Assembly (NCBI GenBank): GCA_945787795.1
Contig: CALZJD010000005.1
Location: 1-40,965, forward strand
Origin: Thermodesulfovibrionia bacterium
GTDB taxonomy: Bacteria > Nitrospirota > Thermodesulfovibrionia > UBA6902
Direction of reading: 5' to 3'
DNA: 40,965 bases
Both the position numbers and the translations under genes were made by a program. Positions 37,196 through 40,965 of the stretch are shown here, in pieces; the first letter of the stretch is position 1; each line of letters starts with the position of its first letter. The notes below the pieces were generated by a model, which ran no database searches, was not told the DNA's origin, and saw nothing but the letters and a program-made list of their open reading frames with translations.

Positions 37196-38278
37196 ATGGT
37201 GAAATTATTTCACAAGGTTTCAAAAAAGGCAGGACTTATGCCCGGCTCGCCTGTATTTGTGGGAGAACAAAAGGCTGATGAGGTAAGAATTACAGTCATC
37301 GACTATGATACGGAACACTATGAAGTCAAAGAACTGGATAATGTCGAGGAGTGCTGCCCCTTTAAAGAACAGCAGACCGTAACGTGGATCAATATTGACG
37401 GCCTTCATGAGATCGAGGTGATACAGGAACTGGGTAAGTGCTACGGCTGGCATCCGCTTATAGTTGAAGATATCCTGAATACCCATCAGCGCACCAAAAT
37501 GGACATATTTGATGATCATATTTTCATGGCACTTAAAATGCTCATGTATAACAGCAGGGAAAAAAGCCTGGGCGCAGAACAGTTAAGCCTCATCATGGGG
37601 GGAAATTATGTTATCACCTTTCAGGAAATACAGGGGGATATCTTTGACCCGGTTCGGAAGAGAATAGAAACCAGCAAGGGTAAAATCAGAAAAATGGGGG
37701 CCGATTACCTTGCGTATACAATAGTCGATGCAGTCGTGGACAATTACTTCACGGTCCTTGAAAACATAGGGGATGAAATTGAGGACATGGAAGAGGAACT
37801 GGTGTCTAACCCTTCTCCCGATACATTGCAGCGAATTCACGATCTGAAAAGAGAAATGATATTTATTCGTAAATCAGTCTGGCCGCTGAGAGAGATCATT
37901 AGCGGTTTGCAGCGCGAAGAAACGCCGTTGATACAGGAGTCGACCACTATATACCTCCGGGACCTCTATGATCATACGATTTCGGTAATAGATACGGTGG
38001 AGACGTTCAGGGACATGATATCGGGCATGCTTGATGTCTACCTTTCGAGCATCAGCAACAGGATGAATGAAGTAATGAAGGTCTTAACGATCTTTGCGGT
38101 AATCTTTATACCCTTAACGTTTATTGCCGGCATTTACGGGATGAACTTCAATCCGGAAAAAAGCCCTTTTAATATGCCCGAGCTGAACTGGTATCTGGGT
38201 TATCCGTTTGCCCTCGGCCTGATGGTGATTGTTGGAGTTGTGATGCTGTTTTATTTCAAACGAAAGAACTGGATGTAG
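37196..38278 (+). CDS. corA: Magnesium/cobalt transporter CorA
   Basis: GLMPGSPV.VG, WINIDGLH, HPLIVEDI, GADYLAY, YLRDLYDH, MNEVMKVLT, GIYGMNF, MPEL.W; RBS AGGAG before ATG 37196. Confidence 0.96.
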   Translation: MVKLFHKVSKKAGLMPGSPVFVGEQKADEVRITVIDYDTEHYEVKELDNVEECCPFKEQQTVTWINIDGLHEIEVIQELGKCYGWHPLIVEDILNTHQRTKMDIFDDHIFMALKMLMYNSREKSLGAEQLSLIMGGNYVITFQEIQGDIFDPVRKRIETSKGKIRKMGADYLAYTIVDAVVDNYFTVLENIGDEIEDMEEELVSNPSPDTLQRIHDLKREMIFIRKSVWPLREIISGLQREETPLIQESTTIYLRDLYDHTISVIDTVETFRDMISGMLDVYLSSISNRMNEVMKVLTIFAVIFIPLTFIAGIYGMNFNPEKSPFNMPELNWYLGYPFALGLMVIVGVVMLFYFKRKNWM

Positions 38279-38319
38279 GAAACAGCTGCCCCCGGGCTTA
38301 TACAGCAGGCGACAGTCCG

Positions 38320-40540
38320 TTATTCCGTGCCTGATTCATCCTGCTGGTTCAAGACCCGCACATCGAGAGGCTTCAGCGTATCAAGGTGGACATCTCTCTG
38401 AGGAAATGCAATGATGATACCTGCCTCGCGGAAGAGGTTGTCAATGCGGAAACGTAAATCGCTTTCTATCATTCTCCGGTCCATAACCCGCTGTATGCGT
38501 ACCCAGAAATAGAGATCGAACACCAGAGAATTGTCTCCAAAATCACTGAAGAGAACAAACGGTTCCGGGGAATCCATAACTTTTTTATGCTCTTTTGCAG
38601 CCAGTAGCGTCAACTTCTTCACCTGCCGGGTATCTGATCCGTATATTACTCCCACCGTAATCTGCGCGCGGATCTCATGATCGGCAAGGGTCCAGTTAAC
38701 AATATTCTTTTCCAGAAAACTGCTGTTGGGAACAAGGATGTGCATATTGCCCGGGGTCCTGACGCGGGTACATCGCGTCCCGATATCCTCTACGATGCCG
38801 TAATTGTTGTCCACTTCAATAACATCGCCGATCTTGACCGGCCGCTCTACCATAAGAATAAAACCGCTTATGAAATTGTTGATCAGGTTCTGGGCGCCGA
38901 ACCCGACACCAATAGCAATCGCGCCGCCAAAAAGCGTAAAAACCGTTAAGGGTATATTGACGGTCCGTAGTGCAAAGAGGATGATGAACAGGAGGGCAAC
39001 ATAGTACAGCACCTTCTCAACTGCCGCTGCTGCTGTCTGGTCCAGATGTGTGGCTGTTAACAAACGTACGTTCATTAATGACCCACAATTCAAATTCCCA
39101 TAATTTCAATATATTGTTCCACAGACCCTCGAGTTTGCCCTTTAAGGGGACGGTTCTCCGCTTTGAATCAATTTCACTGATCAGGCGCTGCTGCAGTTCT
39201 CTTGCCTCGAGGACCAGAGAGAGAAATTCCAGGTCACGGTCGCTGGACGTGCGAAGGGCGTTCATCTGCGTTTCCGCATTCTCTTTTAAAACAGGATCGG
39301 CCCCTTCTTCAGACAGCTGTTTTTCTACAGCTGTCATTTGCGACTGCAGTTTGTTCTGACGGGCCTGAACGACACGCACTCCTGCTTCCACGCTTTTTAT
39401 AAACGAAGCTGCCTCATCCTTCCAGAGCTTCAGTTCACCGTAGTCAAGGTCGGGACTCAGGAGGGCATAACGCCGCTGCCATAGCTGTTCTTGCAGATTC
39501 AACATCTGGTTAATGATTTCAGTCTGTTCCAGTACACTCTGATATGTACCTCGCCAGGCCTCCCGTGCTTTAAGGTAAGATGAGGCCCTGGCCCTGATCT
39601 CGACTCCGGCCCCCTGCGAGGCTTCATACTGTTTCTGGGCTTCCAGCCACTTACTCTCCACTTCCTCCTGCTCCTGCATAAGAACCGAGATACGATCGCG
39701 GAGGTCATTCCGTTTCCCATTTATTTTAGCGAGATGATTATTCAGGTCTTCCTGATCAAATGCGAGATGTGCCTTAATCCAGTCAGCGTCTTTTTGCGCA
39801 AGCTTCTTTTTTAATTGTGCAAGGGTTATGAGTGTATCTGTATTTTCGCGTGATATTTTCTGGAATCGAAGATTGCCCTGGGCAAGCTCCTCTTCAATTT
39901 TTGCTGTTGCATATTTCCAGTTCAACAGCAGAAGGTCCTTACCTTTTTTTTCGGAATCAATCTGTTCTTTGATACCGCGCAGTTTCTGGCTGATGAGTTC
40001 ATGCCTGGTTTGTGCATCCTCGAGACTTCTTTTTATGAATTTCAGGGTCGCATTTGCCGTTAGTTCCTCCTGGTCGGCTGCAGTCAATTTATCAAGAACA
40101 GGATCAAATACGCTTAGTGAATACGGAGGGGCATCGGTGACCGAGCGGTCATGTTCGGCATCGGACATCCTGCGCAGGTTTTCTTCTTCTTTTTTTAAAG
40201 ATGCCCTCCTGTTCAGCGACGTGATGAGACGCTGATAAACAGCCTCAAGACTCCGGAGTACCGCGTTTCTTTCTTTTATGTCATTCAGCGGCACGTCAGG
40301 TTTCCGGTCTGCCCGGCCCTTCCCGTCAGCTTCAGATTCTTTTAATAATTCCCTGATGTCCTTTAATCTGTCTTGAACCTGGGATGACGGGTCTGTTTCG
40401 GCGGAGGAGAGTTCTTTTATAATTAATGTTGATCCATTCTCTTGAGCATGGCTGCGGTCCGGAGAGATGAAAATACAGGCGGTCAGAGAAATGGTGATTA
40501 ATAAAATGGATAGGATATGTTGACGTTCTGTCTGATTCAT
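38320..40540 (-). pseudogene. Large MscS/MscK-type mechanosensitive channel broken by a frameshifting internal deletion
   Basis: A signal-peptide + coiled-coil ORF ends ...LWEFELWVINER; the frame changes near 39066-39073 to RLLTATHLD...GAIAIGVGFGAQNLINNFISG...ERPVKIGD...IAFPQRDVH. Confidence 0.8.
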
Positions 40541-40601
40541 AATAAATATTTCTTCAAACTTTAAAATGACCCTCAAATTTTATTATTATCTTCGGGTTTA
40601 A

Positions 40602-40630
40602 TACCCCGTGGCTTGCTGCGGGGTAGTTCA
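40602..40630 (+). mobile_element. Isolated IS200/IS605-type end hairpin
   Basis: TACCCCGTGGCTTGCTGCGGGGTA followed by G-TTCA; no tnpA or tnpB adjacent. Confidence 0.6.
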
Positions 40631-40652
40631 TTCAGGGCAATCTTATAATATA

Positions 40653-40964
40653 TCATTCAATCAGAATTCTCTGCTGGGCTGAAACGAACAGAACATCATT
40701 CAGCTCAGGATGACGCAAGAAGAGTTCAATCCCTTTTTCCTTGAGGAGTTCATCAGTAAACCCTAATATAACAAGATCAGCCATGGAAGAACGTAATTCT
40801 ACAAGCTGGTCAAAGTTATCCCTATCATCGGTGGGAATGATCTTTATATTCTTTTCAGATATGGGGATGCGGCCTGCTGCAAGCATTTCCTTGAGCTTTA
40901 TCGTCTGTTCATTTGCCTGATCGCTGGGGAAAGCCGCAAACACGCTGATTTCTGCATGATGCCA
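40653..40964 (-). CDS. C-terminus of a probable amino acid permease / cation-chloride cotransporter-like protein (partial)
   Basis: Frame is open to the window edge: WHHAEISVFAA...GRIPIS...SSMADLVILGF...DVLFVSA. Confidence 0.6.
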   Translation of the reverse strand, partial: WHHAEISVFAAFPSDQANEQTIKLKEMLAAGRIPISEKNIKIIPTDDRDNFDQLVELRSSMADLVILGFTDELLKEKGIELFLRHPELNDVLFVSAQQRILIE

Positions 40965-40965
40965 A

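Noticed and set aside
39017-39093. Programmed ribosomal frameshift in the MscS gene
   Set aside because: No slippery heptamer, and a TM helix appears to be missing.

Overview
Bacterial chromosomal window with no rRNA, tRNA, CRISPR array or transposase visible. Bases 1-19.9 kb (all minus strand) hold an ABC-transporter (Wzm/Wzt) surface-glycan cluster: six intact glycosyltransferases, a radical SAM enzyme, an alkaline-phosphatase-superfamily enzyme and a membrane/TPR/double carbohydrate-binding-module protein. At least five collapsed gene remnants sit in its 'intergenic' gaps, and a HEAT-repeat protein follows it. The best candidate for a new system is 22.7-27.6 kb: an OmpR-type two-component pair, a secreted spondin-domain protein, an exported MsrB and a membrane-anchored selenocysteine MsrA. 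The ORF track splits that MsrA at an in-frame TGA in the GxFWG active site, which is followed by a SECIS-like hairpin. Matching 11-bp-period direct repeats lie upstream of both the regulator and the spondin-msrB-msrA unit. Also present: a split ArgZ/AgrE-like pair divergent from putA, fdhD, a heme o synthase with a cytochrome c remnant, corA, a broken MscS gene, a complete sigma-54 promoter ahead of an unannotated small ORF, a 21-bp palindrome repeated 14 kb apart, and two inverted copies of a ~200-nt element with compensatory base changes. All calls come from reading motifs by eye; no database searches were run.
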